Shown: in pieces, positions 49,101 to 61,200 of the stretch | Layout: every line of letters begins with the position of its first letter | Position numbering within the stretch: the stretch's first letter is position 1 | NCBI GenBank assembly: GCA_035221665.1 | Contig: JAVHYY010000217.1 | Span: 62,001 to 126,000, forward strand | Direction: 5' to 3' | Origin: Okamejei kenojei | Lineage: Eukaryota | Length of the DNA: 64,000 bases | Position numbers and translations under genes: made by a program | Notes under the pieces: generated by a model | What the model was told of the DNA's origin: nothing | Databases searched by the model: none | What the model saw: only the letters and a program-made list of their open reading frames with translations

Positions 49101-52100
49101 AACCACGGTTACGGTTGCAATCTCCCCCCCCCCCCCCCCCCCCACCCCAACCTATATCCCCAAATTCCGCAAAAATCATTTAACAGGGAGTTATTTGACA
49201 GTTTGTTCTCATGTTGGTCAATAAAGAGCTGCCAGTTGCATCCCAGTTTCCACCACTGACTCCGCCGCCCAGATCTTCAGAAGTACCCAGGCATTGTATA
49301 AATGTGGCCGGGGTCTCTGCCTCTCGTTCCGTCCCCAACACCCTTTGGGTAAAATACTTTTCATCAACGCTGCCCCTCGAATCATTTAATAGTTTAATGT
49401 GAATCTTTATCTCCATGGGTTGACCGCTCTGAGCGAAATGTGTCGTTTTATTTACTGGTCTCCCAATAACCCCCCTCCATTCTAACAATAACATCTCATC
49501 CCGTTTCTCCCCGCATCCAGCTCCGCAACTGGTGGCGCGGTGTCGCAGCTGGTAGAGCCGCTGCCACAGCGTCAGAGACACGGGTTCGATCCTGCACTCG
49601 GGTGCTGTCTGTGTGTGGAGTTTGCACGTGTTTGCTTCCCGTGACCGCGTGGGTTTCCCCCGGGCTCTCCGGTTCCACCCCCACCCCCCACCCCACCTCC
49701 CCCAGCTAATTGGCCCTCTGTTCATTGCTCACGCAGGAGGGGATGTGAAAGTGGGGACTAGTGTGAATGAGTGGTCGATGATCAGTGTGGACTCGTTGGG
49801 CCGAAGGACCTGTTTACATGCTGTATCTCTCAACTAAACTAAACTCAACGAAACAGTTATGGAAATTTTACACACAAAAAACTGGAGTAACTCAACGGGA
49901 CACATTCCTTCTCTCCACTGAGTTACTCCAGCTTTTTTGTGTCTATCTTCGGTTTAAGCCAGCGTCTACAGTTCCTTCCCACACGTTGTAGAAGTGTGTT
50001 TGATTTTCAGTTTCAGACGGCCTGTGGAGCTCAGTTTGTCCTCTCATGCTGTTCGCCGCGCTGGTGCCAACCCTCCTGCTCCTGATCCTGGGGGGAAGCG
50101 CCTTGGCCGTCTGGGGGATTATCGAGAATCGCCGAGCAGGTAACTCGCCGTCTTAAACCCAGCCCTGAACCGATCCGCTCGCCATCCGCAGAGCAAGCCC
50201 TCTGACAATGACTCACTTCTAAACTTCTCCTTCAACCAGGCAAGTCTAAAACCGCTGGCGGAGGAATCAGGCCCGGGCGGGGGAATCCACAACATGACGT
50301 AAGGATCAATAATGCGGGGAAAAGTCAACCATTTCTTCCGGGGAGGGGGAGGGGGGAGAAGGAGGGGGGGAGGGGGTAAGGAGGGAGGGGAGGTGGAGGG
50401 GGGGGGGGGAGAGGGGGGTGTAGACCGGGGGAGGGACCAGCCTCAACCGCCACGCTGGTCGGTAGCTTGATGGGGGTGTGTACGGTGAGGGGGGGGGGGC
50501 AGGGAGGGCCAGAGGTAGGGAGCGCCGGAGGCAGGGGGTCGGTCGGGAAGCGGGGGCTTGGGAAGACCGTGGGGTGGAGTTTGACGTGGTTAGGGGGAGG
50601 GGTGGCCTGGGGGGGGCAGAGGAATGGAGGGGGATGTCGGGACCCTACAGGTGAGAAGGGGGGGGGGGGGCTTAGTTTGGATATGGGCTGATGGCTCTTG
50701 GTTTGAGAAAGGTTATTTTGGGTAATATGAGATATGGGAAGCGGTGCAGGGCCGGGAGGGGTTCATGGAGATTGGGAGAGTTGTCAGGACTGGAGGGGTT
50801 TACCAGGGTAAGGAGAAGTGTAGGGTCTTGAGTTTATAGAGGCAGGGGGGGGCGATGGGGGCTGCAGGGATTTAGAGAAATAGAGAGAGATTCAGAGCGG
50901 GTTACGCACATTGGAAGGGGTGCAAGGGCTTCGTGAGATTACGCGGGTAGAGAGGGTCGAAGGGGCTGGAGATTTAAGATAGGGAGGAGGGGACATGAGA
51001 GTCGTGATGGGCTGGGATTAATGTTATAAGTCTATGGGGGAGACCACTTTACAGAAATAGGGGGCGATGTGACGCTGGGCGATTAATGGGCGATAGTGAT
51101 ACGTGCAGGCGCTGTCTTGTGGTACAGGAGTGTCGACTGTGTGAGATTAGAGAGCGCGGGGACTGTAAAATGTGACCGAGATCAGGTTATCAGCGGAAAG
51201 GGCATTGAGAGAGATTGTTTGCTGTTCATTGTGACAATTAAATTCAAGGGAAGTGAGAACACTTTCACCTCTAACATCGTGCCCCTCTGGTTTGGGATTA
51301 ANNNNNNNNNNNNNNNNNNNNNNNNNNNNNNNNNNNNNNNNNNNNNNNNNNNNNNNNNNNNNNNNNNNNNNNNNNNNNNNNNNNNNNNNNNNNNNNNNNN
51401 NNNNNNNNNNNNNNNNNNNNNNNNNNNNNNNNNNNNNNNNNNACCCTACCCCCAACCCTAACCCTAACCCTAACCCTAACCCTAACCCTAACCCCAACCC
51501 CAACCCCAACCCTAACCCTAACGCGTGACCGAGCCTGTCGCGTCTGCTTCCACTTTACGGCGACGGGTGGATGACGTTGAGGAGTGAGTGATGCGGCAAC
51601 TGTTCTCTTTCCTGCCAGGTACAACAACTGCGCGGGAATTGTGCCAACTCCAGACAGATTTGCAACAACTGCTCCTTCTGCAGTCGAGCGGGGTGGATGT
51701 GAGGGAGGAACTTAGAGAGTTGAAGGACCGACAAGCTCGGCTCTTCACCTCTGAATCCTCCAAGATCATCTTCCGATCCAGGGTCCGCCATGTGGAGCAG
51801 GATGAGACGTGCTCACGTTTCTTCTTCCATAAGGTTCACAGGGGGAGGGAGCTCTGTGATGAACAGCCTTAGAGAGGAGGACGGCTCGGTAGCATCCTCA
51901 CAGACAGACATGTTGAGGATCTGCAAATCCTTTTACACAGATTTGTGTGACCAAAAGACCACAGACAGTACCTCCTCCCAAAACTTCCTGTCCTCAATCA
52001 CGGAGGTCTTGGAGGACAGCAAGCAGGAGAGTCTGGACCAACCACTGACCCTAGAGGAGCTGACTGGCTCCATCCGTTCCTTTGACTCGAATAAAACTCC

Positions 52101-55100
52101 CGGAAGCGATGGCTTACCGGCCGAGTTGTATTTGGCTCTGGGGACTGGATGGGCTCGGACCTGCTAGAAGTGTACAACGACATGCTTCTAGCTGGCAGCA
52201 ATGTCAGACTCCATGAGGAAGGGCAGGATCACCCTAATCTACAAGCAGAAGGGGGAGATGAAGGACATAAAGAATTGGAGACCATAACACTCTTGAATGT
52301 AGACTACAAGATCCTGTCTAAGCCATCGCCAACCGGGTGAAAGTCTGCTCTGGGACAGGTGATCCACCCGGACCAAACCTGTGCTGTACCTGGCAGGAAA
52401 ATCTCAGACAGCCTAGCGCTGCTGAGAGATACCATCGCCTACGTGCAGGACAGACGGGTGGATGCCTGCCTAGTCAGCTTGGACCAGGAGAAGGCTTCGA
52501 CAGGATTTCGCACACGTACATGAGGGACGTGCTCTCCAAAATGGGTTTTGGGGAGGGAATCAGGAATTGGATCAAACTGCTCTACACCAACATCCGTAGT
52601 GCAGTCCAAATCAATGGTGGGAATCAGACAGTTTCCCTGTAAGGGTCTGGAGTTAGGCAGGGTTGCCCTCTCTCTCCTGTCTTGTTTGTCTGCTGTATTG
52701 AACCTTTCGCTGAATCCATCAGGAAGGATGCTGGCATAAGAGGAGTGACATTGCCAGGCAGTGGGGGCATTCAAGTAAAGTCCTCCCTGTACATGGACGA
52801 TGTCGCTGTCTTCTGCTCGGATCCCATGGTCGGTCCGCAGAATGATCAGTATCTGCGACCAGTTTGAGTTTGCCACGGGAGCCAGGGTGAACCGCAGGAA
52901 GAGCGAGGCCATGCTCTTTGGCAACTGGCCGACAGATCAAGCCTGACTTCTTGAAGGTGCTGGGGATCTGGTTCGGGGGGGCTGAGGCATGTAACAAAAA
53001 TTGGCTGGAGCGGATAGCCAGGGTGGGGAGGAAGCTGGAGCTGTGGAGGCAACGCTCCCTCTCCATAACGGGAAAGAATTTGGTCATCAGGTGTGTGAGG
53101 TGCTCTCGGGGCTGCTGTACTTGGCACAAGTGTGGCCTGTCCCTCCCTCCTACGCCACAGGGATCACCCGGGCCATCTTCCAGTTCATCTGGGGGTTGAG
53201 GATGGACCGGGTGCGACGGGCCACAATGTACAAGTCAGCAGACAACGGGGGTAAAAAGCGTGCCCAACGTCGCCCTCATTCTGATGGCCCTTCGTGTGTG
53301 GCTGCATCAGGCGGAGTGTAGAGCCAAGGCACGTGGGCACCAAGTGTCACTAACTGCTGAGGTTCTACCTGTCCCCGGTGTTGAGAAGGATGGGCCTGGC
53401 GCAGGTGCCACGCAATGTGCCAGTCAGCTGGACATTGCCGCCCCATCTGTCGTCGGTGGAAGGGTTCTTCCGGACCAACACCTTTGACCACATGTCCATC
53501 GGGCAGTGGTCAGCACAGAATGTCCTGCAGGCACTGCAGGGAAAGGACTCTATGGACCTGGTGGCGTGGTTCCCTGAGCAGACTGCCCAGCTTGTCTGGC
53601 AAAATGCCTCATCGCTAGAACTCACCAACAAGCACCAAGACCTGGCTTGGCTGGCGGTGAGGGGAGCCCTCCCAGTCAGATCCTTCCTGCACCATCGGAA
53701 CTTCACTGCCAGAGCACGCTGCCCTCGGGGACGGCTGCTATGGCGAGGAGACGGTTGCCCACCTCTTCACAGAGTGTGGTTTTTGCTAAAAGAGTCTGGA
53801 GAAAAATGCAAGGGTCCTGGTCCGCTTTATCCTGAACAGCTCCGTCACAGAGGATCTGGTGATTTACGGACTGTTCCCAGGGTCACATTCAGAGGCTGAC
53901 ATCGCGTTGCTGCTGGAGGGTCATCAACTCGGTAAAAGACGCCCTTTGGTCTGCCCGAGCATTGTTCACCACCCAGCAGAGCGAGATGTCCGTCAGGGAA
54001 TGTTGCCGACTGGCCCGCTGCAGACTGCAGGAGTACGTGCTGAGGGACGCACTGAAGCTCGGTGCAGCCAACGCCAAGGCTCGGTGGGGGAGGGCCACAG
54101 TCTGGGGCCCTTCAGCTGCTGGACATGGGGGGCACGGTATGGTGGAGACGCCCCTCAATATAAGGGAAGGTATCCCACGCCATTGTGGCACATGAGTGGC
54201 ACGGGTGGGGGACTGATTTGTGGAAACTTGGGGAAAATAAATGTCTAAAATGTATTGATCTATTTGTACAGCCCCCGAAAATGTCGGATGGATTTTCCGC
54301 AAGGTTCATGTATTATAACCATATAACCATATAACCATATAACAATTACAGCACGGAAACAGGCCCTCTCGGCCCTTCCAGTCCGTGCCGACCATTTGTT
54401 TTCCCCTAGTCCCATCTACCTGCACTCAGGCCATACCCCTCCATTCCCTTCACGTCCATATACCTATCCACTTTACTCTTAAATGTTAAAATCGATCCTG
54501 CCTCCACCACTTCTGCTGGAAGCTCATTCCACACAGCCACCACCCTCTGAGTAAAGAGGTTTCCCCTCGCGTTACCCCTAAACTTCTGTCCCTTAATTCT
54601 CATGTCATGCCCTCTTGTTTGAATCTTCCCTACCCTCAATGGGAAAAAAACGTATCCACGTCAACTCTGTCTATCCATTTCATCATTTTAAAGACCTCAA
54701 TCAAGTCCCCCCTTAACCTTCTGCGCTCCAAAGAATAAAAGACCTAACTTGTTCAACCTTTCTCTGTAACATAGTTGCTGGAACCCTGGCAAACATTCTA
54801 GTAAATCTCCTCTGTACTCTCTCTATTTTGTTGACATCCTTCCTATAACTAGGCGACCAAAATTGTACACCATACTCCAGAATTGGTCTTACCAATGCCT
54901 TGTACAATTTTAACATTACTTCCCTACTCCTATATTCAATGCTCTGATTTATAAAGGCCAGCACACCAAAGGCTTTCTTTACCACCCTATCTACATGCGA
55001 TTCCACCTTCGGGGAACTATGCACAGTAATTCCTAGATCCCTCTGCTCCACAGCATTCCTCAATTCCCTACCATTTACCATGTACTTCCTATTTTGATTT

Positions 55101-55365
55101 GTCCTGCCAAGATGTAGCACTTCACACTTAACAGCATTAAACTCCATCTGCCATCTTTCAGCCCACTTTTCCAAATGGCCCAAATCTCTCTGTAGACTTT
55201 GAAAATCTACTTCATTATCCACAACACCACCTATCTTAGTATCATCTGCATACTTATTATATATATTTATCATTTGAATAAAGTATATTTTGAAATAAAA
55301 AAACAATCTTTGCTCCTGTCCTTCACTCACAGATCTACGCTCAGCTGCGGATTAATGCCAACTGA
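46176..55365 (+). CDS. Non-rearranging VJ-C1-TM Ig-superfamily receptor, gene 1 (~294 aa; terminal exon uncertain)
   Basis: Leader 46176-46218 (MRCLLVCALSLLLQ), VJ exon 47398-47727, C1 exon 48541-48831, TM exon 50011-50139, cytoplasmic exon 50240-50298, candidate terminal exon 55333-55365 (IYAQLRINAN*). Phase-1 introns between domains. AATAAA at 56310-56315. Confidence 0.85.
47398..47727 (+). CDS. Gene 1 V-set domain exon with in-frame J motif
   Basis: QSP..VLNC..INWFKQ..RFSG..YSLVIENVQQNDSGIYVCAAQHARGFGDGSKLVVT. Canonical Cys/Trp/DxGxYxC and FGxG are in a single exon. Confidence 0.93.
48160..48410. repeat. Dispersed inverted-repeat element, probably Penelope-like pLTR derivative (also ~8710-8915, 14750-14935, 32060-32270, 33710-33915, 55490-55990, 60220-60420, 61940-62250)
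   Basis: 'GGAACTGCAGATGCTGG..AAATGCTGGAGTAACTCAGCGGGACAGGCAGCATCTCTGGAG' paired with its reverse complement. The core is CTGAAGAAGGGTCTCGACCCGAAACGTC. Confidence 0.65.
48541..48831 (+). CDS. Gene 1 C1-set domain exon
   Basis: IFLLAPPP..VPLVCVVRG..VQITWNVSG..DGSYSVRSRFQISAERWRSGAVCTC, a C1-set pattern. AG/GT borders are in phase 1. Confidence 0.9.
50011..50139 (+). CDS. Gene 1 stalk + transmembrane exon
   Basis: VSDGLWSSVCPLMLFAALVPTLLLLILGGSALAVWGIIENRRA. Membrane-proximal Cys, hydrophobic span, then basic residues. Confidence 0.85.
51443..51522. repeat. Interstitial telomere-type repeat (CCCTAA)n with CCCCAA variants, at a gap edge
   Basis: Seen directly. Confidence 0.9.
51630..55303 (+). 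mobile_element. 5'-truncated Tx1-clade (L1-like) non-LTR retrotransposon, frameshifted ORF2
   Basis: Fragments EQDETCSRFFF, KTPGSDGLPAE, ITLLNVDYKILSK, RQGCPLSP-like and YMDD (52790-52801). 3' end AATAAA...AAAAAAA at 55277-55303. The 3'UTR is interrupted by a CR1. Confidence 0.85.
54318..55255 (-). mobile_element. CR1-clade LINE 3' fragment nested in the Tx1 3'UTR
   Basis: Minus-strand ORF KYADDTKIGG...WQMEFN..KCEVLHLG...LVRPILEYGVQFWSP. (AACCATAT)n tail at ~54318-54341. ATTATA occurs on both flanks (possible TSD). Confidence 0.88.
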
Positions 55366-58039
55366 TATCGAAAGGTTCTCCTTCCGCGAACATGGAACGA
55401 TTTGAACATCAAAGCCTCGTCGGTAACGACAATCCTCGGCGGGAATAACGGGCAATGGGACGCGGATGCAAATTGGCCTTTAATAAATGTAGGAAGGAAC
55501 TGCAGATGCTGGTTTACACCGAAGATAAACACAAAATGCTGGAGTAACAGCGGGACAGGCAGCATCTCTGGGGAGAAGGAATGGGTAACGTTCCGAGTGG
55601 AGACCCTTCTTCAGACTGAGCGCCACGGGAGAGGGAGCTACAGAGATAAGGAAGTGTAACAGATCAAAAGAGATGAAGTTCAAGGGAAAAAGATAGAATA
55701 GACCATTGGTCTTGCCGACTATGTCCTGTTGTGCTGAAGCAAAGCAATAATGTCATTGTCCTATCAGGGACACACGACAATAAACTCTCTTGAATCTTGG
55801 TCGACAAAAATGCTGGAGAAACTCGGCGGGTGAGGCAGCATCTCTGGAGCGAAGGGAATGGGCAACGTTTCGGGTCGAAATTCGAAAGGTCGCCTATTCC
55901 CTTCGCTCCGTAGAAGTTGCCACACCCGCTGAGTTTCTCCAGCATTTTTTGTCTACCTTCGATTTTCCAGCATCTGCAGTTCCTTCTTAAACAATAGATG
56001 AGATCATTGTTAGCTCGGGGAAGGTGGCAACAAAGCAAACAGAGATATAATGTAATCAGGGATCTCCCAACCCCCATTCCTTCTCTCCAGAGATGCTGCC
56101 TGTCTCGTTGAGTTTCTCCAGCATTTTGGTTCTATTCAGTGTTTGCTGTTGCACGATCCAATATGAGCCGCAAGAGGGCGACGCTGTGTTAAGCCGCAAT
56201 TTCCTGTGTCTGCCTTCACCAACAGAAATTGTTCAGAAAACCGGATACCGACTGTAAACAAAGGATTTTAAATATATAAATGTAAAGCAGCATTTCAACT
56301 TGCATTCTCAATAAAATCTCTGGCGTCTGAACATCAAGATGAAAGAAATTCGTAGCGAAATATTCCTTCCGGAAAGGCTTATTCGAACTGGAGTGGGCAG
56401 TTTCTCAGTTAATTGTGGCAGGAATGTTTATCTTGCATCGACACATTGGGACAGAATGAAAGTATTCCTCTGGGGACATTCATTTAGATTATACCTGAAC
56501 TTGGTTAAGGCCGTAGATGCAGGAAAAATGTTCCCAAGAGACTTATCTCCTCCCCGCATATATCCTCAATGGGTGGAATGGAGGGCGAGCGAGCCTAGAG
56601 CCGTTCGTTGCACACACACACTGACAATAGTTAGGCTCAACGTCTAGTGAAAGGTTCTGTCCTTTGGCAAGAGAGACGCACTAAAATATCTCTGGGTGTA
56701 ACCCATGCATCGCGGATTCTCTTTATTGGAACAACGTTGTTTCTATAACATATCTGGGCACAAAGTATATCGCTGCGTTTGGCAAAGTCGTGGCTGTCTA
56801 ATTTTGCGTCGGGTAATTCCGCCGACAAGCAAACATAATTGAACATTAACCAAATGTTAAGGCGGAGATAGAAAGATTGTTGATTAGTGCGGGTGTCAGG
56901 GATTATAAGGAGAAGGCAGGAGAATGGGGTTAGGAGGGAGAGAAAGATCAGTCGTGATTGAATGTCGTAGGCTCGACAGCCGAATGGCCTAATTATGCCC
57001 CCTTCACTTAAGACCTAATGATCTAAATTCTGGAGTGAACAGATGAGTATATGGCTGACGAGATAATAGGATTACAGGAAGCATTCATTCACGGTCGAAC
57101 CCCTCTCCTGTGGACTGCAAATCGCCGGGCATTGTCTTCACTTCACTTTAGAAATATAGTGCAGAAACTGGCCATTCGGCCCACCGAGACCCGCCGACCA
57201 GCGACCACCCCGGGCACTAGAGCTATCCTACACACAGGAGCCAATTTCCAATTTTACCGCAGTCAATTAACCTATACGCCCTCGGGATGTGGGAGGAAAC
57301 CGGAGCACCACTGGCTCACAGGCAGAACGTACAAACTCCGTTCAATAGATAAAACGCGGAAGTGTTCTATTAACGATGTCGTGACAGGGACATAATAAAC
57401 GGATGAGAGAGAGAGTGTGAAAGACAAACAGGTGAGAATCCAAAGAAATATAACTCGTGCATCATTCTCCCAAACGCGCGAATGTGATCGTAGAACCCTT
57501 CCCGCCAGCGAGTGTTGGAGCCGCGCAAAATGGGTTCCAGGGAGACCCGCGGCCGAAGAAATCCCCCCCACACCCAGGACTCGATAGCAAGGACATCGGA
57601 TAAGTGGATGAATCCGGACTTGTTTTTTCCCGGCGCTTCACCTTCCTCCATACTCTATGCGAGAAGGTTTCTGCAACGAATCTCAATATATCTAGCCCCT
57701 ACTGCCCCACCCGCCACCCGTTCTCACCCCCCCCCCACCCCGCCGTGGCAGCGATGGTCAGAGCGCCGCGCCCGGGCATGTGGACATTCTCTCGGGCTCA
57801 CACTATTGAGGGAGTCAACAGGAACAGTTAGACAGGTACATGGATAGAACCGGTTTGGAGGGACATGGACCAAGCACAGGCAGGTGGGACCAGTGTAGCC
57901 GGTGGGATATGCTGGCCGGTGTGGGCCGGTTGGGCCGAAGGGCCTGTTTCCACACTGTATCACTGTACGACCAGTTCACCGCCTACGGTTTGGGCTCCCT
58001 GGCCGCACGCCACCTGCCCCTCGCAGCCAAATGCACTCA

Positions 58040-58165
58040 ATGACGTCGAATGTAGAAACAGGAAACCCGCAGCAGGCATCACTACCGCGCGGGACTTTCC
58101 ACTCAACTTTCTTTAAACGCGGGGTCTAATTTCGGCAACTGGCCCGCATTTCACTTCGCTTCCGA
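58040..58165 (+). promoter_or_regulatory. Putative immune-type promoter of receptor gene 2
   Basis: CRE-like TGACGTC at 58041, ETS core CAGGAAA within 58056-58068, perfect kB site GGGACTTTCC at 58091-58100, IRF/ETS-like TTTCACTTCGCTTCC at 58149-58163. All lie within 165 nt of the ATG. Confidence 0.6.
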
Positions 58166-58201
58166 GCAGAACCGTATCCGGGCAAACTCCCGGGTGCACA
58201 G

Positions 58202-61200
58202 ATGGCGGCGACCGCGACCGTGAGCGTCTTAACGATTTGTTTACTGGTCCAAATCATCGCAGGTTAGTCCTCGGTTACTTCAAGTCGGGGCGCAAATCGG
58301 GCGCCAGGTCGTCGAAGTGACCGGTTCAGGGAGATAAAGCCTCGCGTGAAATAATCCCGGGCAGTCACAGTATTCCGTGATCCACTCAGACTGTTAATGG
58401 AGCCACGTCCACTCTCCCCATGGACCAAGAGTCGGGAGTCAAGTGTGTGTTTATTGTCATATGTCCCGAATGGGACAATTATATTCTTACTTGCTGCAGC
58501 TCAACAGAATATGTGAAAATGTAAACCTAGAACACCACGGGGGAAGAGGAGAAACAAGTTCAATAAATAACAAATATAATGAATTAATAATATAGTCTTT
58601 TGCAGCTCATGGCTTACTCGCTGTATCAACATCCCGCGTCCGTTTGTGGAAACAGGATGGACGTTGTGGCCTTCAATGAAGATCATTAAATATTATTAGA
58701 TATTCTGAAGAAGGGGTCGTGACCTGAAACGTCGCATATTTCCTTCGCTCCATAGATGCTGCCTCACCCGCTGCGTTTCTCCAGCATTTTTGTCTACCTT
58801 CGATTTTCCAGCATCTGCAGTTCCTTCCTAAACACATATTATTGGATGGTCAGTACATTTCCGCTTTCAGGGTCCTTTTCCACTAATAAAGGCTGCCGTA
58901 TAGTTTGTGGCAGTGAATTCATAATGCCTTTGATGGCTGCAAACGTGACCTGTTTTACCCGCCTGTCCATTGTGTGTCTCCCTGTCGACGTTCATCCGCG
59001 TATCTTTCTACCAATATCTTTCTTTCTCCCGTTCTTTTTACAGTTAGTTTCGTTTAGTTACAGATACAGCGCGGAAACAGGCCCTTCGGCCCACCGAGTC
59101 CGTACCGACCAGCGATCCCCGCACACTAACACTACCCTACACACAAGAGGGACATTTACACATTTATACCGAGCCAATTAACCTACAAACCTGCAAGTCT
59201 TTGGGATGTGGGGGGAAATCGAAGATCTCGGAGAAAACCCACGCAGGTCACTGGGAAAACGTACAAAATCCGCACAGACAGCGCCATTCGGCCCTTCAGA
59301 TGCTGCCTGACCCGCTGAGTTACTCCAGCACTTTGTGTGTTTTTTTTAATAAACCACCATCTGCATTTCTTTGGTTCCACTCAACCTTCTGCTGAATTCC
59401 TTCCCATCAGGCGTGGACCGTCGAGACGTTTACTGGCAGTCGCCGTCGGCTCAAACCCTTGATGTTGGGAATACCTTCAAGGTGGATTGCCACACGGGCT
59501 TGTTAGGAAGCGGAAAGGTGTTTTGGTACAAACGGCAGCACCGACAACGACTGCAGTTAATTTACTCGGTGCTGGAGTACACGATCCCCGCCGGAAGATT
59601 CTCGGGACAAGTTAACGACAAATTGACTATCTATTCCATGTTTATTAACAAAGTCCAGAGAAATGATTCGGGGTGGTATTACTGTTCAGCCAGGAAATAT
59701 AGCGGAATGCCCCTCGTGTTCGGAAACGGCTCCAAACTAGTAGTTACAGGTTAGCATGAACCTAACTAACGTCGCTTGTTCACAGGTTTCTGTTTAGCCG
59801 AACTGTAATTCCATCTCCACCCCTTCCCCGTAGGGTCTCCGCTCGTCATTCTCTTAACCCCACCGCCGGATGAGATTCGGGGGATGGAAACCGTCCAACT
59901 GATATGTCTGGCGCAAAACGCGGCGTCCGACTCCCGATCCATACGCTGGAATGTTTCGGGACGGGACACGGAGGGATGGGTGGACTCTGGAACGATAGAT
60001 CAGGACGGATCACACGTTGTGATCAGTCACATCAGAGTTCCGGTGAAAAATTGGCGCGTCTGTACCTGCGAGCTGCGAATCAACTCGACTCACACCTTCA
60101 CCAGTAGCAATGTCGTCGCTCAAAGAGGTAATTATCGGGAGTGTCCGATCACTAACATCTTCATGTTCATCTTTTTTTAGCACCACTTGGCATCGCACCT
60201 GTCCGACAGTTCTAGTGTGTAGGGAGGAACTGCAGATGCTGTTTGAAATCGAAGGTAGACATAAAATGTTGGAGTAACTCAGCGGGACAGGCAGCATCTC
60301 TGGTTACCTTTCAGTAGAAAGGTCTGAAGAAGGGTCTGGATCCGAAACGTCACCCATTCCTTTTCTCCAGAGACGCTGCCTGTCCCGCGGAATTACTCCA
60401 GCATTTTGTGTCTATCTTCGACAATTCCAGTGTCCGGATTTCTGAGAGCTCGTTCAAAACTCAATTAAGCCACGGTGGATCATTTCAGAATTCGCTAGAA
60501 TTTGTCATTTGTAATTTCAGTTTCCCGCTTACGCTCATGCCCGGGGCTTACACGCATTACGTTAATCATGGAATTTCTATCAGTAGAACGCTGGTATTCC
60601 CTTATTAGACGAATAGTCACAAGTCATTCTGAGTTGAATTCGGAACAGAGAACCGGAAGCTGAGATAAAATGGTGTCAACAATGTGGCCGCCATAAGGAT
60701 ATTTACACACGGTTGATTTCATTAAGAGGCCACGTATTTTCATTGCAAGTTAAAGTCTGTCTCTTGCTCTCTATGATATCTATCTGTAGATATAATTGAT
60801 GCATCTGTCTCTGTCTGCCCGCAGCTTTCACCTTTCGATACATAGGGATTCAATATTTTTCAGAAATATTTGTAATTAACATATTAGGGATCTGCGTGAT
60901 AAGGGAACCTGCCACCAATTTATTGAGTGCCTCGTATACATTATCTGCGTATTGTGGGTCGCCTGATTATATTCATGCAGAGGTTTATCTTTGACTGGAT
61001 AGCAGGCAAACAAAAGATTTTCACTCTACCTCAGTACGTGGCGATAATAAACTAAACTAAAGTAAAGTAAACTCTCATTGAATACATTCTTAGAGTTGGG
61101 TAATTATGGGATAGATATGTTTGGACTAATAAATTGAATGTTTCCTTTCCATTCCAGCTGCGTTGCCTTGGGGTGCTTGCATATCGTTGCAGTTTGTGGG

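Noticed and set aside
50340-51301. Unexplained G-rich non-repetitive stretch in a gene 1 intron
   Set aside because: It looks like low-accuracy read sequence leading into a gap. No interpretable ORF or structure.
51443-51640. Telomere-targeting Tx1 element (CCCTAA repeats next to its 5' end)
   Set aside because: About 110 nt of unrelated sequence separates the repeats from the element, and the 3' flank (55304 onward) is not telomeric.
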